The notes: a model not told the origin generated them from the letters alone. DNA of 64,000 bases from Eubacteriales bacterium (GCA_030529655.1 JAUMWJ010000001.1:1465-65464); one strand, 5' to 3'. Shown: positions 44,020 through 53,437, numbered from the stretch's first letter. Program-made: numbers and translations.

Positions 44020-46124
44020 TGTGTGCCACCCCCTTTTGCATAGAGAATCTCTTGTAATGCGCGAATATAAACGGAATCCGACAAGCTGACTTTCTTGCCC
44101 TGACTGCTCAGCGCCAGAAAAACATCATCTTCCTGATGGCTTAGTTGCAGCAAGCCCCGCTCGGAAAATATTTCCAGACAAAGTGCCGCGCGTAAAAACG
44201 GCTCGGTGCCGCCCAGTTCACTGCTGATCTGCCGCAGAAGGGGAAGATAAGCCGTGCAGAGTGGTTGATCGGTGATCATATGCTCCAACGCGCGCCATGC
44301 CCGTACGCATTGTTCGCGAGTGGGCAGCAGGCGAGCGGCTTCCTTAGTGGTCAGGTGCTGCTCATGCAGGCATTTTTCCAGCAGTGCCAGCGTACTGCTC
44401 TCGCGAAAACTGGCGGAAAGGGAAGGGCGAATATCCACCATTTGCATTTGAATGGTACGGTTATTGCGAAATTCGTTGACCTGCAGGTAAAACGCAGCAT
44501 CTACCCGCGAGCCGACGGCACAGCCGCAGTTCTCCGCCGTAGCGGAGAAGAAGATTCCCTCAAATTGCGCGTTGCCCTTACTCAGACGCAGCTTAAGGTG
44601 ACGGTTCTGTCCCACATTCTGTGCCCGTTCCAGCGTAGCGCCTTGCAGGCAGAACACCGGACGGCTGTTGCCGGCACCATACGGCTCCAATGTGCTCAGT
44701 GCATCCACCTCAGCCAGTGTGACGCAGCCGGGTTTATCAATGGAAACATCAATATCCAAAGAGGAAACCGGAACGCCTTCTCCGCAATGGCTGCGTACAT
44801 AGCCGTTCATGCGTTCACGGAAGACGGGGATGTTTTCCGCCTGAATGGTAAAGCCGGCTGCCAGCTCATGACCGCCAAAGCCCAACAGCAGATCGGAACA
44901 GTCCTCCAATGCGGCAAACAGGTTGAAGCCGCCCCAACTGCGGCAGGAGCCCTTTCCTACATCGCCGCTGAGATGGATCATAAAGCTGGGACAGGAAAAC
45001 TTTTCACTCAAACGGGAGGCCACGATACCCACCACGCCCTGATGCCATTCAGACGAGGAGAGCACCAGCGCATGGCGCTGCTCAACGGGCATTTCTTCGA
45101 TCAGCGAAAGGGCTTGGGTATAAATCGTCTGCTCTACGCTCTGTCGTTCCCGATTAAGGGCGCAAAGCTCCTTTGCCAGCTCCGCTGCCACAATGGGATC
45201 GTCACACAGCAGGAGATCCGCCGCCTTATCCGCCGCACCCATGCGTCCGGCGGCATTGATACGCGGTGCCAGTACAAAGCCGATCTGCACAGAAGTAATT
45301 TCCTTGTTGGTAAGACCCGATTCATGCAGCAGGGCATGTAGACCGATAAAATCTGAATGGTCAATAGAGGCAAGACCCCGGGAAACAATGGTGCGGTTCT
45401 CGCCGGACATCTGCATCACATCCGCCACCGTGCCGATGGCTGCCAGCGTGCAGTAACGGGCAAACAGCGCGCCTTCGCGGTCAACACCGCCCAATGCCAG
45501 TGCCAATTTCAGCGCCACGCCGCAGCCCGCCAGATGCTTGAACGGGTAACGGCAATCGCTGCGATGGGGATCCACCACGGCCACGGCATCAGGCAGTATC
45601 TCCTTACATTCGTGGTGGTCGGTGATGACCACATCCATGCCCAGCTCCGCGGCAAAAGCCACCTCGTCCACGCCGGTGATACCGCAGTCCACCGTGATCA
45701 GCAGGCGCACGCCCTGATCGTACAGGTTTCGTATGGCATCGTTGCTCAGACCGTAACCGTCCTCAATGCGGCGGGGGATATAGTGCATCACATCTGCGCC
45801 GCGTGAACGCAGATAATCCACCAGTATCACCGTGGCGGTAATGCCGTCCACATCGTAGTCGCCGAACACGGCCATTTTTTCGTGGTTGTCCAGTCCGCGG
45901 TTGATCCGATCCACGGCTGCGGCCATATCCTGCATGAGATAGGGCGAATGGGCCAGTGTAGAGTCGCACTCCAAAAAGGTTGCTGCCGCCGTTTCCTCCT
46001 CAATGCCCCGACTGGCCAGCACACAGGACACCAGGTAAGGGTAGCCCGCCGTCATCAATCGCTCCACTGCGTGGGGCGCTATATTCGTCATATTCCAGTT
46101 CTGAAACTTCATCTCGGCGGTCAC
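44016..46124 (-). CDS. recJ: Single-stranded-DNA-specific exonuclease RecJ
   Basis: DHH motifs (GDYDVDG, ITDHHE) and DHHA1. Confidence 0.95.
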   Translation of the reverse strand: MTAEMKFQNWNMTNIAPHAVERLMTAGYPYLVSCVLASRGIEEETAAATFLECDSTLAHSPYLMQDMAAAVDRINRGLDNHEKMAVFGDYDVDGITATVILVDYLRSRGADVMHYIPRRIEDGYGLSNDAIRNLYDQGVRLLITVDCGITGVDEVAFAAELGMDVVITDHHECKEILPDAVAVVDPHRSDCRYPFKHLAGCGVALKLALALGGVDREGALFARYCTLAAIGTVADVMQMSGENRTIVSRGLASIDHSDFIGLHALLHESGLTNKEITSVQIGFVLAPRINAAGRMGAADKAADLLLCDDPIVAAELAKELCALNRERQSVEQTIYTQALSLIEEMPVEQRHALVLSSSEWHQGVVGIVASRLSEKFSCPSFMIHLSGDVGKGSCRSWGGFNLFAALEDCSDLLLGFGGHELAAGFTIQAENIPVFRERMNGYVRSHCGEGVPVSSLDIDVSIDKPGCVTLAEVDALSTLEPYGAGNSRPVFCLQGATLERAQNVGQNRHLKLRLSKGNAQFEGIFFSATAENCGCAVGSRVDAAFYLQVNEFRNNRTIQMQMVDIRPSLSASFRESSTLALLEKCLHEQHLTTKEAARLLPTREQCVRAWRALEHMITDQPLCTAYLPLLRQISSELGGTEPFLRAALCLEIFSERGLLQLSHQEDDVFLALSSQGKKVSLSDSVYIRALQEILYAKGGGTQ

Positions 46125-46199
46125 CTCCCTTCATTTGCTTATACTATAATAGTTTATTATATCAAATCTTGCGCAAAAGGTAAAGGATAAAATGTGCCA

Positions 46200-46228
46200 T
46201 TGCCATTGGCAAAAAGATGCCGTATAAT
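46200..46228 (+). promoter_or_regulatory. Candidate promoter
   Basis: TTGCCA-17 nt-TATAAT. Confidence 0.6.
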
Positions 46229-46263
46229 GATGGCAACAAACAAAAAGAAATGAGGAAACTTCC

Positions 46264-47085
46264 ATGCGTCCCGACGGAAAAAGAGTAAAGGATCTTCCCC
46301 CTATCGTAGCCGCGATTCCCTACATCATGCCCAAGCGCTATGATGCGCAGAATACCATTACCGAGAACATTGATGAAGAGCTGATCAAGGAATATATACG
46401 GGCCAAGCGCCGTGAAGGCGTGCGGATCAACCACATGGCCGTTATTATTGCCGCCTACTATAAAGCGGCGCTGGAGAATCCCAAGCTGAACTACTTTGTG
46501 GTGAACAGTAAGATCTATGAGCGCAATCATTTCTGCGTATCGTTCGTCATTCTGAAGAAACGCGCCGACGGCACGCCCAATGAGACCACGCTGAAGATCT
46601 ATCTGGAAAAGACGGATACCATCTTCACTATCAACGACAAGATCAACGCTGTGATTCAAGCCAACGCCGGTGAGCATCAGTCCAACAGCACCGATAAATT
46701 TGCCAAGATGATGTTCTCCATACCGGGCCTGCCCAGGTTTGTGGTGTGGCTGGCGTACCATCTGGACAAGCACGGTCTGCTGCCCCGTAAGATCATCGAC
46801 CTCAGTCCGTTCCACACCAGTATGTTCATCACCAACCTGGCCTCTATCAAGACCAGCTACATCCACCATCATTGCTATGAATTCGGCACCACAAGCGTGT
46901 TCATCTGCATGGGTAAACCGGTGCCCAACTATGTCAAGGGCGATCTGACCAAGAAGATGATGCCTTTGGGCGTGGTGATGGACGAGCGGATCTGCACCGG
47001 CTATGAGTATGCGGCATTCTGCAACGATTTCCGCAAACATCTGCGCGACATTTCCCGGCTGGAACAGCCATTTGACCGGATCTGA
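46264..47085 (+). CDS. 2-oxoacid dehydrogenase E2 / CAT-fold acyltransferase-like protein with a divergent active-site motif
   Basis: C-terminal MPLGVVMDERICTGYEYAAFCNDF aligns to the E2 motif MPxSLSxDHRxxDGAxxAxF. Confidence 0.55.
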   Translation: MRPDGKRVKDLPPIVAAIPYIMPKRYDAQNTITENIDEELIKEYIRAKRREGVRINHMAVIIAAYYKAALENPKLNYFVVNSKIYERNHFCVSFVILKKRADGTPNETTLKIYLEKTDTIFTINDKINAVIQANAGEHQSNSTDKFAKMMFSIPGLPRFVVWLAYHLDKHGLLPRKIIDLSPFHTSMFITNLASIKTSYIHHHCYEFGTTSVFICMGKPVPNYVKGDLTKKMMPLGVVMDERICTGYEYAAFCNDFRKHLRDISRLEQPFDRI

Positions 47086-47090
47086 AACCC

Positions 47091-47125
47091 AACAGCCGAC
47101 GGAAAACACCGCCGGCTGTCTTTTT
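47091..47125 (+). terminator. Intrinsic terminator
   Basis: ACAGCCG...CGGCTGT stem followed by CTTTTTAT. Confidence 0.7.
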
Positions 47126-47277
47126 ATGTTGTCATAATGCGGCCATTTTTCCACTATGATGGTAGCAGCGGAATACATTTATTGTCATTGTGCCGAAAAA
47201 ACCCGTTTTTTCGGCAAGATATTGTGAAACATTGGATAAAAACGACAAATTCCCCGTGCTTTTCCGTCCCAAGGTAC

Positions 47278-47306
47278 TGGACAACAGTCGAATTTTGTTG
47301 TAAAAT
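47278..47306 (+). promoter_or_regulatory. Candidate rnf operon promoter
   Basis: TGGACA-17 nt-TAAAAT. Confidence 0.5.
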
Positions 47307-47360
47307 TTCAAATAGTATGCGGTGGTATGGCCACCCGTAAGTAAGATGAGGTGAAAGACA

Positions 47361-48731
47361 ATGGCACAAGCTTTCTTTGGCGGCGTTCATCCCAATGATA
47401 TGAAAGCCGCGACCAATGAAAAGGCCATCGAACAGCTGGCAGCACCGGCTGAAGTGGTCATTCCCATGTCTATGCACATCGGTGCACCTTGCAAGCCCAT
47501 CGTTGCGGTCGGCGACAAGGTTAAAATTGGACAGAGAATTGGTGAACCCGGCGGATTCGTCTCCGCCCCCATCCACGCCAGCGTGTCCGGCACGGTCAAG
47601 GCAGTGGAACCCCGCCCCTTCTCCATGGGCGGCAAGATGATGTCTGTGGTCATCGAAAATGACTTCCAGAACACCATTTCCGAAGAAGTGAAGCCCGTTG
47701 AGGATCCCGACAGCCTGACTCCCGAGCAGCTGGTGGAGATCGTCAAGAACGCCGGTATCGTCGGCCAGGGCGGCGCTACCTTCCCCACTCACGTGAAGAT
47801 ATCTTCCGGCCTGGGCAAGGTGGACTATGTGATCATCAACGCTGCTGAGTGCGAGCCCTACATTACGGGCGACCATCGCACCATGCTGGAGCGCCCCGAG
47901 CAGGTCATCAAGGGTGCGACCCTGCTGGCTAAGTGCTTTAATGTTGATAAGGTCTACATCGGTATCGAAGCCAACAAGCAGAACGCTGCGGATGTTCTGA
48001 ACAAGACCATCGCCGAGCTGAAGGCCCCCGTGGTGGTGGAAGTGCTGCACACCCGTTATCCCCAGGGTGCAGAAAAGCAGCTGGTTCAGGCCGTGTCCGG
48101 CCGTCAGGTTCCCTCCGGCAAGCTGCCCGCTGACGCTGGCTGCTGCATTTTCAACCTGAACACCACCTGCGCTATCTATCGCGCTGTTTACACCGGTATG
48201 CCCGTGGTGAGCAAGATCGTCACCGTGTCCGGCTCCGGCGTGATCGAGCCCAAGAATGTGGAATGCCCCATCGGCACTCCCATTTCCAACCTGTTTGACG
48301 CCTGCGGCGGTCTGAAGGAAGAGACCTACAAGCTGATCATGGGCGGCCCGATGATGGGTCTGGCTCAGCACAGCTTCGACGTGTCCGTCGGTAAGGGCAC
48401 CGGCGCCATGCTGGCATTTGCCGGCAAGGAAGAGCAGTATGTGGAAGATCCTCAGTGCATTCGCTGCGGCAAGTGCGTGGGTGTCTGCCCCATCCGTTTG
48501 GAGCCCGTGTTCATGTACAAGTATCTGATGAAGGGCAACTGGGAGTTCTGGCGCGATGAGCTGCACGGCATGGACTGCATCGAGTGCGGCGCCTGCACCT
48601 ACACCTGCCCCGCCCGTCTGCCTCTGACCCACGCTTTCCGTCTGGGCAAGCAGCAGGTCAATAACGCAAGAATGGCTGCCAAGGCAAAGGCCGATGCCGA
48701 GAAGGCAGCTGCTGAGAAGAAGGAGGCGTAA
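47361..48731 (+). CDS. rnfC: Rnf complex subunit C
   Basis: NADH/FMN-binding GQGGATFPT. Two 4Fe-4S motifs, CIRCGKCVGVCP and CIECGACTYTCP. Confidence 0.95.
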   Translation: MAQAFFGGVHPNDMKAATNEKAIEQLAAPAEVVIPMSMHIGAPCKPIVAVGDKVKIGQRIGEPGGFVSAPIHASVSGTVKAVEPRPFSMGGKMMSVVIENDFQNTISEEVKPVEDPDSLTPEQLVEIVKNAGIVGQGGATFPTHVKISSGLGKVDYVIINAAECEPYITGDHRTMLERPEQVIKGATLLAKCFNVDKVYIGIEANKQNAADVLNKTIAELKAPVVVEVLHTRYPQGAEKQLVQAVSGRQVPSGKLPADAGCCIFNLNTTCAIYRAVYTGMPVVSKIVTVSGSGVIEPKNVECPIGTPISNLFDACGGLKEETYKLIMGGPMMGLAQHSFDVSVGKGTGAMLAFAGKEEQYVEDPQCIRCGKCVGVCPIRLEPVFMYKYLMKGNWEFWRDELHGMDCIECGACTYTCPARLPLTHAFRLGKQQVNNARMAAKAKADAEKAAAEKKEA

Positions 48732-48734
48732 ACC

Positions 48735-49748
48735 ATGACTGATTACAAAAATCTGAAGCTGATCGCGTCCTCCTCCCCCCATATCCGTTCCAATGAGAAC
48801 ACCCGCTCCATTATGCTGGATGTGATCATTGCCATGCTGCCCGCTCTGGCAATGAGCGTGTATGTATTTGGCGCCCGCGCTCTGGTGCTGACGCTGATCT
48901 CCGTGGCAGCTTGTGTGTTCTGGGAGTGGGGCTATCGCAAGGTGATGAAGAAGTCCTCTGCTATCGGCGACCTGTCCGCAGTTGTCACCGGTATGCTGCT
49001 GGCTTTCGTTTGCCCCGTTACCGCGCCCTACTGGATGATCATCATCGGTGCATTCTTTGCCATCGTTGTGGTCAAGCAGCTCTACGGCGGCATCGGCTGC
49101 AACTTCCTTAACCCCGCTTTGGCCGGCCGTGCCGCTCTGCTGGCAAGCTATGCCACTGCCATGACCACATGGGTCGCTCCCGGCACACGCGCTCCGATTT
49201 TCGGCGCTGCGGATGTGACCACTGCCGCGACACCCATGGCCATGATGAAGGAAGGCGCTTTTGAGGCACTGACCGGTACTTACTCCGTGTCCGATATGTT
49301 TATCGGTCAAATCGGCGGATCCATCGGCGAAGTGTCCGCCCTGATGTTGCTGGTGGGCGGCATCTGGCTGCTGATCCGCAAGGTCATTTCCTGGCAGATT
49401 CCCGTGGCTTACATTGCTACCGTGGCGATCATCTGCCTGATCGCTGCTCCTGCCGGTGTCAACGCTGTGTCCTACATGGCCTACAACGTATTCGGCGGCG
49501 GCTTGATGCTGGGTGCCATCTTCATGGCCACCGACTATGCCACTTCTCCTGTGACCAAGCCCGGTCAGATCATCTTCGGTATCGGCTGCGGCCTCTTGAC
49601 CGTATTCATTCGCCGTTTCGGTTCCTATCCCGAAGGCGTTTGCTACTCCATCCTGATCATGAACTGCTGCACCTGGCTGCTGGATAAGTACATCCGTCCC
49701 ACCATCTATGGCGCTCCCAAGAAAGAAAAGAAGGAGGCGGCTAAGTAA
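48735..49748 (+). CDS. rnfD: Rnf complex subunit D
   Basis: NqrB/RnfD-type polytopic protein. FMN-attachment-type context TAATPMAMMK. Confidence 0.9.
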   Translation: MTDYKNLKLIASSSPHIRSNENTRSIMLDVIIAMLPALAMSVYVFGARALVLTLISVAACVFWEWGYRKVMKKSSAIGDLSAVVTGMLLAFVCPVTAPYWMIIIGAFFAIVVVKQLYGGIGCNFLNPALAGRAALLASYATAMTTWVAPGTRAPIFGAADVTTAATPMAMMKEGAFEALTGTYSVSDMFIGQIGGSIGEVSALMLLVGGIWLLIRKVISWQIPVAYIATVAIICLIAAPAGVNAVSYMAYNVFGGGLMLGAIFMATDYATSPVTKPGQIIFGIGCGLLTVFIRRFGSYPEGVCYSILIMNCCTWLLDKYIRPTIYGAPKKEKKEAAK

Positions 49749-50323
49749 TGAAAATTTCTCCTAAGTTTGTTCTGAAGGTAGCCGGCACTCTGACCGCTAT
49801 CTCTCTGGTTGTGGCTGCTCTGCTGGGCGTGGTCAACATGATCACCAAGGATCAGATCGCTGCCATCAACGAAGCGAACACCAAGGCCGCTCTGGCTGCC
49901 GTAGCCCCCGAGGGCGCTGCCTTTGATCCTGTTGAGATTACCGATGATGTGATCGCCGCAGCGAAAGACTACGGCACGATTTCCGAGATCTACACCATGT
50001 CCACCGGCGGTTATGCCGTCAAGGTCATCGCTTCCGGTTCTCAGGGCAACATCGAAATGATCGTCGGCGTGGATGCTGACGGCGCTATCACCGGCGTTTC
50101 CATCGTTTCCAACTCCGAGACCGGCGGTATCGGCTCCAAAGTCATGGAGAACAAGCCCAATGATGCCGGTGTGGGCGTGCTGGATCAGTTTGTCGGCATG
50201 AGCGGCGCAGGTTCTCTGGTCGTGAAGTCCAACATTACCCCCATCTCCGGTGCCACCGTTTCCACCAATGGCGTGACTGCAGGCGCTAACGCTGCGCTGG
50301 CCGCCGTGGAAGCCTTGGGCTAA
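49748..50323 (+). CDS. rnfG: Rnf complex subunit G
   Basis: Single TM plus an FMN-binding domain (SGATVST). Confidence 0.9.
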   Translation: MKISPKFVLKVAGTLTAISLVVAALLGVVNMITKDQIAAINEANTKAALAAVAPEGAAFDPVEITDDVIAAAKDYGTISEIYTMSTGGYAVKVIASGSQGNIEMIVGVDADGAITGVSIVSNSETGGIGSKVMENKPNDAGVGVLDQFVGMSGAGSLVVKSNITPISGATVSTNGVTAGANAALAAVEALG

Positions 50324-50342
50324 GAAAGGAGGAGCAGATTCA

Positions 50343-50990
50343 ATGAATTTCGGTAAGCAATTTAAGGACGGCCTGATCAATCAAAACCCCGTTCTGGTGC
50401 AGCTGCTGGGCATGTGCTCCACCATGGCTATCACCACATCGTTCTTCAACGGTTTGGGTATGGGTGTTTCCGTTCTGATCATTCTGACCCTTTCCAACAT
50501 CTTTATCTCTCTGCTTCGTAAGATCATCCCCAGCGAAGTGCGTATCGCCTGCTACATCGTGGTGATCGCCGGTTTCGTGACCTGCGTTGACCTGCTGCTG
50601 AAGGCGTTTGTTCCCGCCCTGTCCAACTCTCTGGGCGTGTTTATCCCCCTGATCGTCGTGAACTGCATCATTCTGGGTCGTGCTGAGGCCTTTGCCTCCA
50701 AGAACTCCATCGGTGCTTCCGCAGTGGACGGCATCACCCAGGGTATCGGCTACACCATCGTTCTGGTCATCATGTGCGTGGTGCGTGAACTGCTGGGCAG
50801 CGGTAAGTTCGGCGGCGGCCTGTTGGGCGGCGGCGGACTGGGCAGCGCTCCCGGCGTGGTCATTTTCCCCGAGGAATTCGGCATCAAGCTGCTGACTCTG
50901 CCTGTGGGCGGCTTCCTGACCCTGGGCGTTTTGATCGCTGTGATGCAGTGGGCTCTGGCTAAGAGCGAAAAGAAAAAGGAGGCGAAGTAA
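50343..50990 (+). CDS. rnfE: Rnf complex subunit E
   Basis: NqrD/RnfE family (NPVLVQLLGMCS). Confidence 0.9.
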   Translation: MNFGKQFKDGLINQNPVLVQLLGMCSTMAITTSFFNGLGMGVSVLIILTLSNIFISLLRKIIPSEVRIACYIVVIAGFVTCVDLLLKAFVPALSNSLGVFIPLIVVNCIILGRAEAFASKNSIGASAVDGITQGIGYTIVLVIMCVVRELLGSGKFGGGLLGGGGLGSAPGVVIFPEEFGIKLLTLPVGGFLTLGVLIAVMQWALAKSEKKKEAK

Positions 50991-50993
50991 GTT

Positions 50994-51578
50994 ATGACAG
51001 TTACCACTTTGCTCGCCATTTCTCTTGGCGCTATTCTGACCAATAACTTTATCTTTGCACAGTTCCTGGGCATCTGCCCCTTCCTGGGCGTTTCCAAGAA
51101 GATCGACACCGCCGTTGGTATGGGCGCCGCTGTTACCTTCGTTATGGGTTTGGCTTCCGCCGTTTGCTTCGGCATCAATAAGATTCTGGTAAATGCCGGT
51201 CTGGGCTATATGCAGACTGTGGCATTCATCCTGGTCATCGCTTCTCTGGTGCAGTTCGTGGAAATGTTCCTGAAGAAGTTTATTCCTACCCTGTACACCG
51301 CTCTGGGCGTGTACCTGCCCCTGATCACCACCAACTGCGCTGTGTTGGGTGTGGCTCTGCTGAATGTGCAGAACAACTACAACTTCATCAGCTCTGTGGT
51401 TTACGGTATTACCGGTGGCCTGGGCTTCCTGCTGGCTATCTTCCTGTTCGCCGCTGTGCGTGAGCAGTTGGAGTTTGCCGAGACGCCCAAGGCCTTCGAG
51501 GGTTTCCCCATCGCCCTGATTACTGCCGGTCTGATGGCGCTGGCCTTTATGGGCTTCAGCGGCCTGCATGTCTGGTAA
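50994..51578 (+). CDS. rnfA: Rnf complex subunit A
   Basis: NqrE/RnfA family (NNFIFAQFLGICPFLGVS). Confidence 0.9.
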   Translation: MTVTTLLAISLGAILTNNFIFAQFLGICPFLGVSKKIDTAVGMGAAVTFVMGLASAVCFGINKILVNAGLGYMQTVAFILVIASLVQFVEMFLKKFIPTLYTALGVYLPLITTNCAVLGVALLNVQNNYNFISSVVYGITGGLGFLLAIFLFAAVREQLEFAETPKAFEGFPIALITAGLMALAFMGFSGLHVW

Positions 51579-51593
51579 GGAGGTAATTGAACT

Positions 51594-52490
51594 ATGGATA
51601 TGAATATCGTTTATGCTGTGATCGTGCTGGGCGTACTGGCTCTGGTGTTCGGTCTGATCCTGGCCATCGCCTCCAAGGTGTTTGAGGTCAAGGTGGATCC
51701 CCGCCTGCCTGAGATCCAGAACTGCCTGGCCGGTGCAAACTGCGGCGGCTGCGGCTTCCCCGGCTGCGGCGGCTGCGCCGAGGCCATTCTGGCCGGTAAG
51801 GCACCTGTCACCGCCTGCGCTCCTGCCGGCCCTGAAAACGCTGCCAAGATTGCTGCCATCATGGGCATGGAAGCTCCTTCCGGCGAAAAGATGGTCGCTC
51901 ATGTGCTGTGCAACGGCGGTAACAATGCCACCAAGAACTTTGAGTATCGCGGCGTGAAGGACTGCCTGGCTGCTACCAAGGTCTGCGGCGGCGATGCTGT
52001 TGCCTGCAAGTACGGCTGCTTCGGCTTCGGTTCCTGCGTGGCGGCTTGTAAGTTTGACGCCATCCATATCGGCGAGAACGGCGCTGCCGTCGTCGATAAG
52101 GAAAAGTGCACCAACTGCGGCGCCTGCCGTGAAGCTTGCCCCCGTAAGCTGATCGTGGAGGTTCCTTACTCCAAGAAGGTGTTCGTCAACTGCTCCAACA
52201 AGGACAAGGGTCCTGCTGTGACCAAGGTCTGCGCCGCTTCCTGCATTGGCTGCGGTATGTGTGAGCGTACCTGTAAGTTTGATGCTATCCACGTGGAGAA
52301 CAACGTGGCTGTCATCGACTATGACAAGTGCAAGGGCTGCACCATGTGCGCCAAGGCATGCCCCCGCAACGCCATTGAGCCGATTCCTACCGCTGAGGAA
52401 AAGGAAAAGTTCAAGGCCGCACAGAAGGCTGCCGCTGAGAAGAAGGCTGCTGCCGCTAAGGCCGCTGCCGAGGCTGCCAAGGCTGAGTGA
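51594..52490 (+). CDS. rnfB: Rnf complex subunit B (polyferredoxin) with an Ala/Lys/Glu-rich tail
   Basis: N-terminal TM, a CGGCGFPGCGGC cluster, and several CxxCxxCxxxCP motifs. Confidence 0.9.
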   Translation: MDMNIVYAVIVLGVLALVFGLILAIASKVFEVKVDPRLPEIQNCLAGANCGGCGFPGCGGCAEAILAGKAPVTACAPAGPENAAKIAAIMGMEAPSGEKMVAHVLCNGGNNATKNFEYRGVKDCLAATKVCGGDAVACKYGCFGFGSCVAACKFDAIHIGENGAAVVDKEKCTNCGACREACPRKLIVEVPYSKKVFVNCSNKDKGPAVTKVCAASCIGCGMCERTCKFDAIHVENNVAVIDYDKCKGCTMCAKACPRNAIEPIPTAEEKEKFKAAQKAAAEKKAAAAKAAAEAAKAE

Positions 52491-52503
52491 TCGTAAAGAT
52501 TGC

Positions 52504-52538
52504 AAAAGGAGGAATCGCAACTGCGATTCCTCCTTTTT
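52504..52538 (+). terminator. Intrinsic terminator after rnfB
   Basis: AAAAGGAGGAATCGCA / TGCGATTCCTCCTTTT. Confidence 0.9.
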
Positions 52539-52551
52539 CGCGTGAAAATCC

Positions 52552-52580
52552 TTGCTTTTTTTGCGCCATGAGTATATAAT
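52552..52580 (+). promoter_or_regulatory. Candidate promoter of the folT leader
   Basis: TTGCTT-17 nt-TATAAT. Confidence 0.55.
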
Positions 52581-52591
52581 GATGAAATCAA

Positions 52592-52707
52592 GGCAGAGTA
52601 GGAATCTGTGTGTCGCATCTTCATGAGATGCAAGTGCCGGCGGAACGGGGAGTTGTCCGCCGGACGAAATGGCTTGCCTTGCAGTACAGGTTCCGCATCC
52701 CGCTGCC
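52592..52707 (+). promoter_or_regulatory. THF (tetrahydrofolate) riboswitch, class I
   Basis: GGCAGAGTAGGAATC...GCAAGTGCCGG...ACGGGG...CCGGACGAAAT...CCGCATCCCGCTGCC parallels the folT-motif core (GAGUAG, AAGUG, ACGAA, GCAUCCGCUC). It lies upstream of a folate ECF S-component gene. Confidence 0.8.
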
Positions 52708-52803
52708 GCATATGGGTTTTTCTGCGGCGTTTATCATGCGCCGCTGCTCCTCTGTGCGGCTGATCCGGTTTCGGACTGCCGATATTTGCAGAGGAGGTTT
52801 TTT

Positions 52804-53403
52804 GTGAAAATTTTTAAGTCACCGTTTTCTGCCGGTTTTTGGGCGCAAAGCGTTCAGGAACTGAAAGACTTGCGCAAGCTCTGCTTTGCGGCGCTAATGA
52901 TCGCACTGTGTTTTGTGCTCGGTACCATTCCGTCTGTGCCGATATTTGGCGGCGCAAAGATAACTTGGGGTTTTTTGGCACGCTCCACCTGTGCCTTGGT
53001 TTGCGGACCTGTCCTGGGCGTTGTATTCGGCTTTGCAGAGGACATTCTCAGCTTTTTCATTACCGGTGGAGGCGGATACCCTTTCTTCCCCGGATATACA
53101 TTGACCACGATGCTGGGCGTGTTTATCTATTCCATGTTTCTGTACCGAACAAAAATCACGGTACGAAAGGTATTCTTGGCTAAACTCCTGACCAACATCG
53201 AAAATGTACTGCTGGGTGCGTTATGGATGTCCATTTTAAGCGGTAAGGCATGGGTCGCCACTGCTACTGCCAGCGCGGTCAAGAATTTGATCCTATTGCC
53301 GGTACAAACTGCACTATTGGTGGTTCTCTTCACTGCGTTTTTGCCCGCTCTGCGCCGCACAAAACTGATTCCGCAGGAAGTGCCCACGAAAATTACATGG
53401 TAA
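52804..53403 (+). CDS. folT: ECF transporter S component, folate family (FolT-like)
   Basis: About six-TM small membrane protein. GTG start 7 nt after GAGGAGG. Riboswitch context. Confidence 0.7.
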   Translation: MKIFKSPFSAGFWAQSVQELKDLRKLCFAALMIALCFVLGTIPSVPIFGGAKITWGFLARSTCALVCGPVLGVVFGFAEDILSFFITGGGGYPFFPGYTLTTMLGVFIYSMFLYRTKITVRKVFLAKLLTNIENVLLGALWMSILSGKAWVATATASAVKNLILLPVQTALLVVLFTAFLPALRRTKLIPQEVPTKITW

Positions 53404-53410
53404 CGTATCA

Positions 53411-53437
53411 AAAGCTGCCTGAAAGGGCAGCTTTTTT
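53411..53437 (+). terminator. Intrinsic terminator after folT
   Basis: GCTGCC-TGAAAG-GGCAGC followed by T6. Confidence 0.85.

Noticed and set aside
52385-52490. Repetitive GCT/GCC/AAG stretch at the end of rnfB, and the 102-nt-spaced repeat at 31814-31966, considered as possible CRISPR-like or mobile repeats.
   Set aside because: Both are in-frame protein-coding repeats: an Ala/Lys tail and the two dockerin segments. There are no spacers, and no cas or transposase genes.
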